Shown in pieces: positions 48,797 through 59,147 of a stretch of DNA of 64,000 bases (positions are counted from its first letter, which is position 1; every line of letters starts with the position of its first letter). Both the position numbers and the translations under genes were made by a program. Source of the stretch: Candidatus Bathyarchaeia archaeon (GTDB lineage Bacteria; Patescibacteriota; Microgenomatia; PFEM01; JAFGMK01); contig DATKWK010000017.1 in NCBI GenBank assembly GCA_035529595.1, positions 250,961 to 314,960 of the forward strand. Reading direction: 5' to 3'. Under the pieces are notes generated by a model. The model had not been told where the DNA came from. It ran no database searches and saw nothing but the letters and a program-made list of their open reading frames with translations.

Positions 48797-50479
48797 GTGA
48801 AAATACTGCCCGAAAAACTGAAGGAAATTCTCCTCAAGGACGGCTATGTCAATCAGGAGGATTTTAATAATGCGGTTCAAATTTCCCAAGATCTGGATAA
48901 ACCTCTTGAGGATGTGTTAATCTTCCGTGGCTTAATTAATGAAGAATCTTTAGGCCAACTTATTGCCGAACATTACCAAGTCCCCTTTGTCTCTTTAAGG
49001 CATAAACTTATTCCTCTGGAAGTCTTGCAGCTCATACCTGAAAATTTGGCCCGATCCTACCGGATCTTACCTTTTGAAAAAACCGGCGAGGAAGTTTGTT
49101 TGGCGATGGAGGATCCGGAAGACTTTGAAGCAGTAGAGTTTGCGAAAAGGCAAATCGGATTGAGGATAAAACCCTTCTTTGCCACCTCTGAGGCTCTGGT
49201 TAAGGGGCTTTCTCAGTACAAAAAAAATATCAGGAAAGACTTCGAAAAGATCATCAGCGAAAACTTGAGAAAAACAAAAACCGTCAGGGGTAAGGATTTA
49301 GCCAAAGCCGCCGTTGATATCCCGGTTGTCAAGATTCTGGATACGATTTTGGAATACGCCATTGCCGAAAGGGCTTCCGATATTCATATTGAACTTTTGG
49401 AAAATGAGTTAATGGTTCGTTACCGGATCGATGGCCTGCTTCACGACATAATTTCTTTACCGCAAGAAATTCACGCGGCAATCGTCGCCCGGATTAAAGT
49501 TATGACGCGTCTAAAGATTGATGAACATCGGATACCACAAGACGGCCGCTTTAAATTTCAAATTGATGAGGACTATATTTCTCTTCGGGTTTCAATCATT
49601 CCCGCTTTTTATGGGGAAAACATCGTGATGCGGTTGTTGTTTGAATCAGCCCGGCCTTTAAGTCTGGAGGAATTAGGTCTAGCCGGAAAAAATTTTGAAA
49701 CCCTCCAAAGAAACATTAAAAAACCTCATGGCATGCTTTTGGTTACCGGACCAACGGGTTGCGGAAAGACGACTACCCTTTATAGTATCTTGAACATTGT
49801 CAATACAGCCGAGACTAAAATTTGCACAATTGAGGATCCGATTGAATATGGTATGGAAAGAGTAACTCAGATCCAGGTTAACCCGACCGCCGGTTTGACC
49901 TTTGCCACCGGTCTTCGGGCGTTAGTCAGGCATGATCCTGATGTAATCATGGTCGGAGAAATTAGAGATAAAGAAACCGTGGAAATGGCAATTCATTCGG
50001 CGCTGACCGGCCATCTGGTTCTTTCGACATTACACACTAACGATGCACCGGGGGCGATCCCGCGCTTATTGGATATGGGAGCCGAAGATTTCTTGGTTGC
50101 CTCGACCGTCAATATTGTGATTGCCCAGCGACTTGTTCGCCGGATTTGTACTGCCTGCATTCAGAGGTTCAAGCCCGAGGTAAAGGCAATGGAACTAATC
50201 GAGAAACGCTTTGGGGTAAAAATCAAGAGTTGCGATTTTTACCGGGGGAAAGGCTGTGCAGAATGTAATGGAAAAGGCTATCGGGGCAGGGTGGGAATTT
50301 TTGAGATTTTAGAAGTGACCGATGAGATTAGAGAATTAATTCTGAAAAAAGTTTCGGTAGGAGCCATCAGAAAAGCAGCCATTAAAACGAGCATGATAAC
50401 GATGTTGCTTGACGGCTTGGATAAAATCGCCGCCGGAATTACGACAGTTGAAGAAGTTTTAAGAGTTGTTCAGGAATAA
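48797..50479 (+). CDS. pilB: Type IV pilus assembly ATPase (PilB/GspE)
   Basis: ASDIHIE, PQDGR, GPTGCGKTTT, EDPIEY, GEIRD, TGHLVLSTLHTN, CxxC pairs. Confidence 0.95.
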   Translation: MKILPEKLKEILLKDGYVNQEDFNNAVQISQDLDKPLEDVLIFRGLINEESLGQLIAEHYQVPFVSLRHKLIPLEVLQLIPENLARSYRILPFEKTGEEVCLAMEDPEDFEAVEFAKRQIGLRIKPFFATSEALVKGLSQYKKNIRKDFEKIISENLRKTKTVRGKDLAKAAVDIPVVKILDTILEYAIAERASDIHIELLENELMVRYRIDGLLHDIISLPQEIHAAIVARIKVMTRLKIDEHRIPQDGRFKFQIDEDYISLRVSIIPAFYGENIVMRLLFESARPLSLEELGLAGKNFETLQRNIKKPHGMLLVTGPTGCGKTTTLYSILNIVNTAETKICTIEDPIEYGMERVTQIQVNPTAGLTFATGLRALVRHDPDVIMVGEIRDKETVEMAIHSALTGHLVLSTLHTNDAPGAIPRLLDMGAEDFLVASTVNIVIAQRLVRRICTACIQRFKPEVKAMELIEKRFGVKIKSCDFYRGKGCAECNGKGYRGRVGIFEILEVTDEIRELILKKVSVGAIRKAAIKTSMITMLLDGLDKIAAGITTVEEVLRVVQE

Positions 50480-50529
50480 ATTGAGATAGTTGAATAACGT
50501 TTTTCCAATTATTCAGTGGAATATGGACC

Positions 50530-51765
50530 ATGCCTGTTTTTAAATATAAAGCCGAAACTAAAAAGCATGAGATTAAAGAAGGGGTTTTAGTGGCGGCTTC
50601 GAAAAAAGATGCCGGCGAACAACTTAAAGACCAGCAACTTTCCCCCTTGTTTGTCCAGGAAACGACTACTGGGGGCAAAAAGCAATCCGGGGTTTTATTT
50701 GCCCGGGGAGTGAGTTTAGTTGATAAGGCCAATCTCTGTCGCTACCTTTCGACGATGATTAACTCGGGATTGGCTTTAACCGAGGCGGTGGAGGTATTGG
50801 CTGAGGAGTCAGACCACCCTAAAATGCAGCAGGTTTTAGATGATGTACGCGTTAGTCTTCAGGCTGGCCAGCCTCTTTCGGCTGCTTTTACTCAGCACCC
50901 GGACGTTTTCGACGACGTTTTCCTGACACTCGTCAAAGCCGGAGAAGAAAGCGGTACCCTAGGAAAGTCGTTTGACTATCTTGGCAAACAGCTTTATGCG
51001 GATTACGAATTGACACAAAAAGTAAAAAGTACCTTGGCTTATCCGATTGTGATTGTTTTAACGACTTCAGCTTTAGGAGTGGCGATGTTAGTCTTTGTCG
51101 TCCCTAAAATTGCTCCTATTCTGCTGAACCTCAACCGCGAATTTCCGCTGCCGGTTTATACTCTGTTTATCCTGCGCTTCGGTTTGCTGCTTTCAAAGAA
51201 CATCCCCTTTTTTTTAGCAGGAATAATCTTTTTAGGATTTTGTCTTTTTTTGATTTTTCGTAAACCTGCCGGCAGAAAAGTTCTTGGTAATTTTATTTCC
51301 CGAATCCCTTTTTTCGGGCAGCTTTTAATTAAGCTTGTTCTTGGCAGGTTTAACCGGACTTTAGCGACTCTTCTCAAAAGCGGTGTTCCGATTACTAATT
51401 CGCTTCGGGTATCCGCCGCTACTTTAAATTTGCCCCAATTTAAAAATATGGGCAGTTATTTTGTTGAGGAAGTAGAAAAAGGGGTTGCCCTGTCTGAGAT
51501 CTTAAAAAAAACTAAACTTTTTCCTTCGATTATGATTCGGATGGTTTCCACCGGCGAGAAAACCGGCTCTATAGATAAACTGCTGATTGATTTAGCCCAA
51601 TTTTACGAGGAGGAAGTCAGTAATGCCCTGAAAACCCTCACTAGCGTTATTGAACCGATTATGATGTTGTTTATCGGTATTGGGGTAGGAGTTATCGTAA
51701 TTTCGGTGATTGCTCCTATATATTCATTTGTAGGCAGTCTCTCTAAAAGCCTCACGACCCATTAG
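50530..51765 (+). CDS. pilC: Type IV pilus platform protein (PilC/GspF)
   Basis: GEESGTL, AYP, LLKSGVPI, GEKTG, IEP. Confidence 0.93.
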   Translation: MPVFKYKAETKKHEIKEGVLVAASKKDAGEQLKDQQLSPLFVQETTTGGKKQSGVLFARGVSLVDKANLCRYLSTMINSGLALTEAVEVLAEESDHPKMQQVLDDVRVSLQAGQPLSAAFTQHPDVFDDVFLTLVKAGEESGTLGKSFDYLGKQLYADYELTQKVKSTLAYPIVIVLTTSALGVAMLVFVVPKIAPILLNLNREFPLPVYTLFILRFGLLLSKNIPFFLAGIIFLGFCLFLIFRKPAGRKVLGNFISRIPFFGQLLIKLVLGRFNRTLATLLKSGVPITNSLRVSAATLNLPQFKNMGSYFVEEVEKGVALSEILKKTKLFPSIMIRMVSTGEKTGSIDKLLIDLAQFYEEEVSNALKTLTSVIEPIMMLFIGIGVGVIVISVIAPIYSFVGSLSKSLTTH

Positions 51766-51774
51766 GTCAAAACG

Positions 51775-52266
51775 ATGATGCAAGTAAAAAAAGAAGCGAC
51801 CGGTTTTACTCTAATTGAAATATTGTTAACTGTTGGCCTGTTAGCAATTCTCTTAGGACTGGGGACAATCGTTTTTGGAAATTTTTCCCGTCAAGACCAA
51901 CTAAATTCGACTGCCGAAAAAATCGTTTCCTGTCTAAGCGAGGCTCAAACCCGGACGGTTGCCGGATATTCCCTGGGACAGGCAGCCGCTTTCAATTTTG
52001 GAGTCCACTTTAACGATAGCAGTTACACTATTTTTCCCGGTACGGCTTTTGATCCCAATGATGTACGCAATCAACGCTTTGAATTACCGGCCACCCTGGA
52101 AATAAAACCGATATTTCTGCCTTTAAGTAATATTGTTTTTGAAAAAATTACCGGTGAAGTCCGTGATTATAATCCCAGCCAAAATTATCTTATTTTGACC
52201 GGTAAACAATCCGGTAAAGAAAAAAATATCATTATTAATAAGTTGGGAGTAGCGAAAATAGAATAA
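51775..52266 (+). CDS. Minor pilin (FimT/GspH-like)
   Basis: G|FTLIE prepilin motif. Confidence 0.85.
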   Translation: MMQVKKEATGFTLIEILLTVGLLAILLGLGTIVFGNFSRQDQLNSTAEKIVSCLSEAQTRTVAGYSLGQAAAFNFGVHFNDSSYTIFPGTAFDPNDVRNQRFELPATLEIKPIFLPLSNIVFEKITGEVRDYNPSQNYLILTGKQSGKEKNIIINKLGVAKIE

Positions 52267-53642
52267 TGTCAATAGTTAAAAACCGGAAATTTATGGAAAA
52301 AGGCCTGGTTCTTGTCGAAGTGTTAATTGCCAGCGGAATTTTGGCTCTATTACTGGTTCCAATCCTGAGTTTCTTTGTCACCAGTCTTGAATCAAACTGG
52401 TTTGCCTCAAAAGAAATTAAGGCCCAAAGCTTGCTTTTGGAGCAACTGGAGGCAGTTAGATCAATCCGGGAAAGAAATTGGCCGGAATTAAAAGACGGCA
52501 CTTATTATTTGCAGTTGGAAGAGGGTAGCTGGAAATTGGTTGAAAACCAAAATGGAGAAACCGTTGGCTCTTTTACCCGTAAAATCGAAATCTTGCCCGT
52601 ATATCGGAGTATAAACGATCTGATTGTCGAGGCGGCTGAGCCGGGTTCCCGCCTTGATCCGTCAACCAAAAAAATTACGGCAACCGTTTCCTGGCATGTC
52701 TTGCGTGACCGAAGTATTAGTGTCAGCACTTATTTAACCCGCCATCTTGATAATTTGATTTGGAAGCAGACCACCCAGGCGGAATTCGACCTCGGGGAAA
52801 AGCAGTATGTTGAGACGACTCAGGTTGTTGACGGTGAAGTTCAGCTTGAAGGCGGCTGCGGCGAGAATCCGGCCGGTGCCTGGATTTATAATGAATCTTT
52901 TCAGAATACCTGGCAAATTCATCCCTCGGCCCAAAATAATATTCGTGAAATAACTCAACCACCCGGTTATGTTTATGAAGGAACTAAGGCTTTGGAACTG
53001 TCTTCCTTTTCCGGGGCCGACACGAAACTTAGGAATGTTGGTAGTGTCTGTACGCTTGGTTTCACCCGGTTTGATTTTTATGCCTATAATTCGGCCAGTA
53101 TCGAACAATCTTTCCAGATTGGCGGTGATTGGCAAGGAGGTTTTGTTGAGGTCGTCCTGCCATCTAATTCCTGGCAGTTTTTTTCTATTGCTTACAATAA
53201 GATCAGCGGTGATAATGAGAATAACTTAAGTTTTCTCTTTTTTAAACCGGGGAATGCCTTACCGGAGACCAAATTTTATCTGGATAATATGACTTTAAGC
53301 GGTGGGGTCGGCGGATATTATAGTGAGGGAACGTTAATCTCCTTGATCTTAGATGGTAATCGCGAAACAGTTTTTAATCAGATTTCTTATACTGCTAACT
53401 TGCCGGCTCAAACCGAAATCGGCTTTCAGATTGCGACTTCAAACAGCAGTGAGGGCCCCTGGTTTTTCTACGGGCCAGGCGGCGCCACCGAAACGAACGA
53501 TCTATATACTCAGGCGGAAGGTGAAGGGATCTGGTTGGGGAATAATTTCGGCAGATTCTTGCGTTATAAAGCCTACTTGCGTTCACTTGATGGCACCGGC
53601 ACACCGGTTTTATCCGACGTCACTATCAATTACTCGCCATGA
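52266..53642 (+). CDS. Large minor pilin with extracellular beta-rich domains
   Basis: G|LVLVE prepilin motif; 458 aa. Confidence 0.8.
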   Translation: MSIVKNRKFMEKGLVLVEVLIASGILALLLVPILSFFVTSLESNWFASKEIKAQSLLLEQLEAVRSIRERNWPELKDGTYYLQLEEGSWKLVENQNGETVGSFTRKIEILPVYRSINDLIVEAAEPGSRLDPSTKKITATVSWHVLRDRSISVSTYLTRHLDNLIWKQTTQAEFDLGEKQYVETTQVVDGEVQLEGGCGENPAGAWIYNESFQNTWQIHPSAQNNIREITQPPGYVYEGTKALELSSFSGADTKLRNVGSVCTLGFTRFDFYAYNSASIEQSFQIGGDWQGGFVEVVLPSNSWQFFSIAYNKISGDNENNLSFLFFKPGNALPETKFYLDNMTLSGGVGGYYSEGTLISLILDGNRETVFNQISYTANLPAQTEIGFQIATSNSSEGPWFFYGPGGATETNDLYTQAEGEGIWLGNNFGRFLRYKAYLRSLDGTGTPVLSDVTINYSP

Positions 53643-54151
53643 AATTGTCAAAAATTAATCCAAGTCACCCCTGGAGTGAAATATCAGGTTATACTTTAAT
53701 TGAAGTATTGCTTTACTCCCTGATTTTATCGCTTTTTCTCTTACTTACCACTCAGGTGTTTATTACCGTTAAGCTCTCCAGTACCCAATCAAATATTTTC
53801 GTTTATCTGTCCCGGAATTTTCGCCGGGCAAGTAGTGATTTTACCCAAACTATAAGGGGTGCGGCAAATGTGAGTTCTCCCTTGCCGGGTAGCTTGTCTG
53901 CCAGTCTTGTTTTGAATAATGGCGCGATTACTTACCAGCTTGACCAGGGGATTCTGAAAAAAACTCAATCCGGTCAGACTTGGGATTTGACTACTGATGA
54001 GGTAACCGTTTCTGATCTTTCCTTCGAAAACGCGGCTGAATCAACGCAAACAGCTCTCTTAAGAATCAGTATGAAAATTGAATCAAATTATCTTTTAGAA
54101 GGAGGCAGGAAAATATCAGAAGATTTTGAAACAACGATCGGATTAAGATAG
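53639..54151 (+). CDS. Minor pilin (PilW/GspJ-like)
   Basis: G|YTLIE prepilin motif. Confidence 0.83.
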   Translation: MKLSKINPSHPWSEISGYTLIEVLLYSLILSLFLLLTTQVFITVKLSSTQSNIFVYLSRNFRRASSDFTQTIRGAANVSSPLPGSLSASLVLNNGAITYQLDQGILKKTQSGQTWDLTTDEVTVSDLSFENAAESTQTALLRISMKIESNYLLEGGRKISEDFETTIGLR

Positions 54152-54164
54152 GGTGAATTTTAAA

Positions 54165-54545
54165 ATGACAATTAAAACCACTAAGGGTCAAGCTTTATTA
54201 CCGCTTCTGATTGTTATTGTGATAGTTTTGACTATTGGCACAGCCTCTATCGAACTGGCTATAAGTAACGTAGTTATTAACCGCTATTTTCAGGAAGGGT
54301 TAACCGGTTATTTTACTGTTGAGGCCGCTTTAGAAAATGCTTTCTTAAGAATTCTGCGCAATCCCGGATATACCGGCGAGAATTTGCAGATCAATCAGGC
54401 GTCTTGTACAATAGAAGTAAGCGGCATGTCGCCTAAAATAGTTTCTGCCCGTTGTGATACCGGCCGGCAAATTAGAAAAATGCAGGCTGAGATAACTTAC
54501 AATCAGGGGATAATGACGGTCGGAAATATCAAGGAAGTTGAATAA
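54165..54545 (+). CDS. PilX/GspK-like minor pilin
   Basis: G|QALL, hydrophobic helix without E5, EAALE. Confidence 0.75.
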   Translation: MTIKTTKGQALLPLLIVIVIVLTIGTASIELAISNVVINRYFQEGLTGYFTVEAALENAFLRILRNPGYTGENLQINQASCTIEVSGMSPKIVSARCDTGRQIRKMQAEITYNQGIMTVGNIKEVE

Positions 54546-55953
54546 TATGCTTTTTGCAAAACGAAGGAAGAACTATTTCGCTCTCAGCTTCTCTGATCAG
54601 GAGATCCGGTTAGCCCAGGTTGACCAAAAAGGCAATTTAGTCTTGAATTCAAAATTAGAGCTCAAATCCGGCATTATTGAGAGGGGTTGGATAAGAAAGG
54701 CCCAAGAGCTGGTAACCCTCTTGGGAAATTTCCTTAAGCCGTTAAAGTTAAAAAAGAGATTTGTGGCCGTTGGTTTACCGGAAATCGTCTCCTTTAGCCG
54801 CGTTTTAACCCTGCCTGCCCTTCCCAGTGAAGAACTTGATGATGCGGTCAGGTGGCAAATAGAGTCTTTGCTTCCCCTGCCTCTGAATGAGACCTATTTG
54901 GACTGGATGCTTCTGGATAAAGATGAAACTTCCGTTCGGGTTTTAGTAATGGCCTTGCCGGCCCAATTAATTGAGGATTTTGCCAAAGTGCTTGAGAATT
55001 TAAATCTGGTGCCGGTTGCCTTTGAACCTACTTCGTTGAGCCTATCCCGCTTAGCGGAAAAAGGAGACAAAAACTGCCTGATAGTCGAGATTAACGAAAA
55101 AGAAGCGGTGCTAGTGTTAGTCGGACCCCATGGCGAGATTGAACTGACTTCCACAACTGCTTTTAAGGATCAGGGTATAAAAGAGAACCTGCCTGTCACG
55201 ATAGAGGAACTTTTGGGTTTCTATAAAAAGAAGTTTAGTGAAAAGGCAAAGATTGTAAAGGTCCTTTTATGCGGTGGCGGAGTTAGTGATGAATTGACAG
55301 CTGAAATCAAAAAGAAAACGTCTTTAGAAACGGCACCAATTCCCATTAAGCCACTCGGGTTCGCCAGTACTATTTCTCTGGCTAAAAAAGATGTCGCCGC
55401 GCCGATCGATGAAAAAACTGTTAATCTGATTCCACCCCGAATCCAGGGGGTTTTCGACTTAGCAGAAAAAAGCCGGGTCCTGAGTAATTGGGTCAAATTC
55501 TGGTTATTTAGTCTCTTTTTAATCTTGTTTGCTTTTGGGGTTACGGCGGCTCGGGTTTATTTTGATCTCAAACAGATTGAGGGTGAGATTATTGAGCGTC
55601 AGGTAAAAATCACGCCCGAGATGAAAAAGGTTGAAGGGGAAGCCAAAAGAATAACCAAAAAAGCCAGCCAAATTCTGACTCTGGTTGATGCCTCGCGGGA
55701 GACGATTTCCTTATTGGGGTTGATTCAGGCTGCGGTACCGGAAGGAATAAGTCTTAATCATTATTCAATCGACTTTGGGAAACAGCAGATTATTATTAAT
55801 GGGGTAGCCGATCATCGTGATCAACTGATAAAGTTTAAGCAGGCTCTTGAAAACGAGGAAAAACTGTCTCAGGTTAGAATTCCCCTTTCCAGTCTAGAAA
55901 AGGAGGAAAATGTCGTCTTTACCGTTTCGCTTATCGCGAAAACCGGCTCATAA
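54538..55953 (+). CDS. pilM: PilM-PilN fusion
   Basis: Actin-like PilM region followed in frame by VNLIP, a TM helix and a PilN-like domain. Confidence 0.8.
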   Translation: MNNMLFAKRRKNYFALSFSDQEIRLAQVDQKGNLVLNSKLELKSGIIERGWIRKAQELVTLLGNFLKPLKLKKRFVAVGLPEIVSFSRVLTLPALPSEELDDAVRWQIESLLPLPLNETYLDWMLLDKDETSVRVLVMALPAQLIEDFAKVLENLNLVPVAFEPTSLSLSRLAEKGDKNCLIVEINEKEAVLVLVGPHGEIELTSTTAFKDQGIKENLPVTIEELLGFYKKKFSEKAKIVKVLLCGGGVSDELTAEIKKKTSLETAPIPIKPLGFASTISLAKKDVAAPIDEKTVNLIPPRIQGVFDLAEKSRVLSNWVKFWLFSLFLILFAFGVTAARVYFDLKQIEGEIIERQVKITPEMKKVEGEAKRITKKASQILTLVDASRETISLLGLIQAAVPEGISLNHYSIDFGKQQIIINGVADHRDQLIKFKQALENEEKLSQVRIPLSSLEKEENVVFTVSLIAKTGS

Positions 55954-55993
55954 AACAGCCTCTTCTCGACCAGAGAAGTCGGAAGCGTTATCT

Positions 55994-56575
55994 ATGAATA
56001 ACGGAGTAAAACTTAAGTCGCCGGCACCAAAAAAAATAGTGCCCTATCCCTATCTTCATTTATCGGTAGCGATTTTTTTTACCCTTTTATTTCTCGGTGG
56101 CATTTTTCTTTCGTCAGGGAAATTAATTTCTTTGAGCCAGAAAACAGCTGCCAGCCGCGGCCAATTGACAGCTTTAAGAGAAAATGTAGTTGCTCTTACT
56201 GCCCTGTCTCAGAATTTGGAATCGGTTAGAGGGGAAATCACTTTGCTTGATAAAGCATTGCCTAAAGAAGACGGCATTGTTGATTTTGTTAAAGCGATTA
56301 AGGGAATCAGCCGGGAGATTTCGCTTGAGACATTTGCCTTCGGTTCGGATCAGCCAAGTCTCAATGCCGCCGGTAATGCCTATATCGATTTTGGGATTGA
56401 GATGAAAGGTGCCTTTCCAGCCTTGCGAATTTTTTTGGACCGCTTCACTAACCTTCCTTATATAGTGAAGGTGCAAATGGTTAACTTGGCAAGTATTGAT
56501 CAGGAAGAAGCTCAACTGACAGTTCAAGCAAGAATTTATGTCAATGACTCATTTTTTTCCCAGGCGGACCAATGA
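55994..56575 (+). CDS. pilO: PilO-like protein
   Basis: TM, coiled coil, ALP, G.F..LR.FL; follows pilMN. Confidence 0.7.
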   Translation: MNNGVKLKSPAPKKIVPYPYLHLSVAIFFTLLFLGGIFLSSGKLISLSQKTAASRGQLTALRENVVALTALSQNLESVRGEITLLDKALPKEDGIVDFVKAIKGISREISLETFAFGSDQPSLNAAGNAYIDFGIEMKGAFPALRIFLDRFTNLPYIVKVQMVNLASIDQEEAQLTVQARIYVNDSFFSQADQ

Positions 56576-56847
56576 ATGAATTAAAAATTGTCAAGGTAAT
56601 AAAAATATTGGTTTTCATTTTGATTTTAGGCAGTTGGGTAGTTGCCGGAAGGGTTATTTATAATAATCTTTATCGGGCGACAAAAATCGACCCGGCTTTA
56701 GTGGAGCTTTACCAGCCACGATTAGATACTGACCTGGTAAAGAGAGCAGCAGAAGTCTTACGAGGAAGGGAAAGCTTTGTCGATATGCCGATTGAAGAAA
56801 CGATTACCGAAGAAAAAGAAGCAACCAAAGGTGGTGTTCTAGAGTAA
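56572..56847 (+). CDS. Small single-TM pilus-associated protein
   Basis: ATGA overlap with pilO; N-terminal TM. Confidence 0.65.
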   Translation: MNELKIVKVIKILVFILILGSWVVAGRVIYNNLYRATKIDPALVELYQPRLDTDLVKRAAEVLRGRESFVDMPIEETITEEKEATKGGVLE

Positions 56848-56874
56848 TACCTGCCAGGTTTTATAGTTATTGTG

Positions 56875-56904
56875 TTGACAAGAGCTTTCTTAGTTTGTTA
56901 AGCT
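56875..56904 (+). promoter_or_regulatory. Promoter of major pilin
   Basis: TTGACA-18-TAAGCT with TGn; RBS GGGGGTG. Confidence 0.6.
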
Positions 56905-56954
56905 GGACTTGTGATTAAAAACAAATAGAATGTTTTGGGAAAGGGGGTGAAAAA

Positions 56955-57401
56955 ATGAAACTGCCCAAAAAAACTTTAGGTTTTACTTTAATTGAGCTTT
57001 TGGTGGTTATTGGAGTAATTGCGATTTTGGCGGCAATTGTTCTGGTAGCCGTTAATCCGGCTCGAAATTTCGCCCAAGCCAGGAATACTCAAAGAAGAAA
57101 CGATATTTATCAGGTCTTAAACGCCTGCCATCAATTCGCGGTTTCCAATAACGGTAATTTCCCGACTTCGATCACATCTACTGCGACTGATATAGGAACA
57201 ACAGGTTTGAATTTGGCTGCCGCAGTCGATAGCAACGGTAATCCTTTTGTCCCGATGTACATTCCCTCCACCCCGTTTGATCCGACTACCGGTTATGATG
57301 TTGCAACAACCGGCTATGTCCTGTTTGAAGAAGCGGATGGAAGGTTGACAGCTAGCGCCAGCGGCGCAGAACTGAGTGAAACGATTACGATTACCCGGTA
57401 A
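56955..57401 (+). CDS. pilA: Major type IV pilin
   Basis: G|FTLIELLVVIGVIAILAAIVL; own promoter, strong RBS and terminator. Confidence 0.88.
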   Translation: MKLPKKTLGFTLIELLVVIGVIAILAAIVLVAVNPARNFAQARNTQRRNDIYQVLNACHQFAVSNNGNFPTSITSTATDIGTTGLNLAAAVDSNGNPFVPMYIPSTPFDPTTGYDVATTGYVLFEEADGRLTASASGAELSETITITR

Positions 57402-57418
57402 ATTCTTTAGGAGTTTAT

Positions 57419-57460
57419 ATAAAAAGACTGAAAGGTAAAGAACCTTTTGGTCTTTTTTAT
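57419..57460. terminator. Bidirectional intrinsic terminator
   Basis: ATAAAAAGACTGAAAGGT...ACCTTTTGGTCTTTTTTAT between convergent genes. Confidence 0.8.
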
Positions 57461-57491
57461 CCAAAGTTTTTTTAGTTGATATTCGGAAATC

Positions 57492-59147
57492 TTAAATTTG
57501 GTATTTGTTTATTCTTTTCGCTACTTGGTAAAAGATCGGCAAGATTATCAATAAGCTTACGGACCAAATAAAAAGCTGCCTTGCCGGACTGAATAAATCT
57601 TTTTGGTAAAAAAGAACCAGGCTGATTAGGCCGTTGTAGACCAGGCAGACGGTTGTTGCCAAGATCCCTCCCGGATTGGTTGAAAGTTTTTCCGGGTTCT
57701 TCTCCCAAAAGTTTGGCTTGATTGCTCCCATTCCCAGAGTTATTGCCGTGATTGTCAAACTGACTGGGAGGTTAATCAAGAATAACTGCCATTGAGAAAA
57801 AAATGCGATTTTAAATACCGCTGCGGCAAAAAAAGTCGAGGTTGTCAACCAAGCTAAGAGAAGCAAGAAAGAGGAGATGAATTTTTGCCAAAAAAGTTTT
57901 ATTCTTGGCAAGGGCGAGGACCAGACAATCCAGCTGCTTTGTCCCTCCAGGCTGATCATGGGAAAGAAAAAGCGCATTGCCAGAATCGAAGCCAGGTAGT
58001 TGGCAAAGAGAAGGTTCAAAGCCACCAGCTGGTTTTTATACCAGAAGGGGAATAAATACCCTATTCTATTAACTGGCAAGCGGGAAATAATCAGGAAGTA
58101 TAATATTTGTAAAAAAACGATAAACAGCAGCTGGAAAAATTGACCGGGTGAACGGAAAATCAGCAGCCAGTCTTTTTCCGTCAGAGCCCCCATCTTTCCT
58201 TTAAGGATGTAGGGAAATGAACGGTATTTCCCCGGCGTAATATCTTGCGGTCCGGCGATGAATCTTCCCTCCATAGTTTGACTGACGCTTCTGAGATAAA
58301 ATTTCTTTCTAAGCTGGCTGGTTAAAAAGGAAATCACTAAGATCGAGAAGGTTAGCCGAAAAAAACCGGCCAGCACCGGTGATAAATTTTTGTCCCAGTA
58401 AAAGATTACCTCTACCAGCCAGGTTGTGGGTAAATATTTTGCCATCAAGGTTTGGTGCCTAAGCAGCCAGGTAATCTGTTCGACGGTCAGGCTTTCCAAA
58501 TTATCAAGCAGCTGGTTTGGAAGCAGGAATTTAATCAACGCTCCGGCAATTAGGGGCAAGCTTATTAAGGCCGCTATTCTCAGAATTTTGCTCTTCTTGC
58601 CGATTCTGGCGAATTGGCTGATTAGCAGGCTGGAAACGATTCCTAAAAGGTTGGCAAATACAGTCAAGAATAAAAGGCCGGCTAAAAAAACAAAACTTGA
58701 AGTTAAACTCATTTTAAAAGCTTTACTGAATCCAAAAACTAGGGGAACGGCAAAAATAAAAATCGGCCAGCTGCTTAAAATGATGATATCAATTAATCGT
58801 GACTCGAAGATTATTGCTGTTTCGATCGGTAAACTGAAAAGCAGAATGTTATCTTCTCTCTGAAATAGACCGCCTAAACTGGCGACAATTGCGGAAACGA
58901 ATACTAGAAGAAAAGAAAGGATAAAAGTAACTGCCAAAGAATAGATAATAATCGGCTGGCTGGTTTCCGGATATTGGGCCAAAAATAAGAAACTATTGAG
59001 GCTGAATAAAAATACGGCTAACGATAGACCGGCGAAAATCAGCAAAGAACCAAAGATTACCGCTATTTGCGCCCAGTTGTTCTTTCTAAATAGCGACAGG
59101 AAGCGGTTGATTTTATCTGTCTGAAGGATAAAAAACTTTTTAAGCAT
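57492..59147 (-). CDS. ABC exporter permease (large, about 12 TM)
   Basis: LFSLPI, SLEGQS.W...SSP; coupled to the ATPase gene. Confidence 0.82.
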   Translation of the reverse strand: MLKKFFILQTDKINRFLSLFRKNNWAQIAVIFGSLLIFAGLSLAVFLFSLNSFLFLAQYPETSQPIIIYSLAVTFILSFLLVFVSAIVASLGGLFQREDNILLFSLPIETAIIFESRLIDIIILSSWPIFIFAVPLVFGFSKAFKMSLTSSFVFLAGLLFLTVFANLLGIVSSLLISQFARIGKKSKILRIAALISLPLIAGALIKFLLPNQLLDNLESLTVEQITWLLRHQTLMAKYLPTTWLVEVIFYWDKNLSPVLAGFFRLTFSILVISFLTSQLRKKFYLRSVSQTMEGRFIAGPQDITPGKYRSFPYILKGKMGALTEKDWLLIFRSPGQFFQLLFIVFLQILYFLIISRLPVNRIGYLFPFWYKNQLVALNLLFANYLASILAMRFFFPMISLEGQSSWIVWSSPLPRIKLFWQKFISSFLLLLAWLTTSTFFAAAVFKIAFFSQWQLFLINLPVSLTITAITLGMGAIKPNFWEKNPEKLSTNPGGILATTVCLVYNGLISLVLFYQKDLFSPARQLFIWSVSLLIILPIFYQVAKRINKYQI

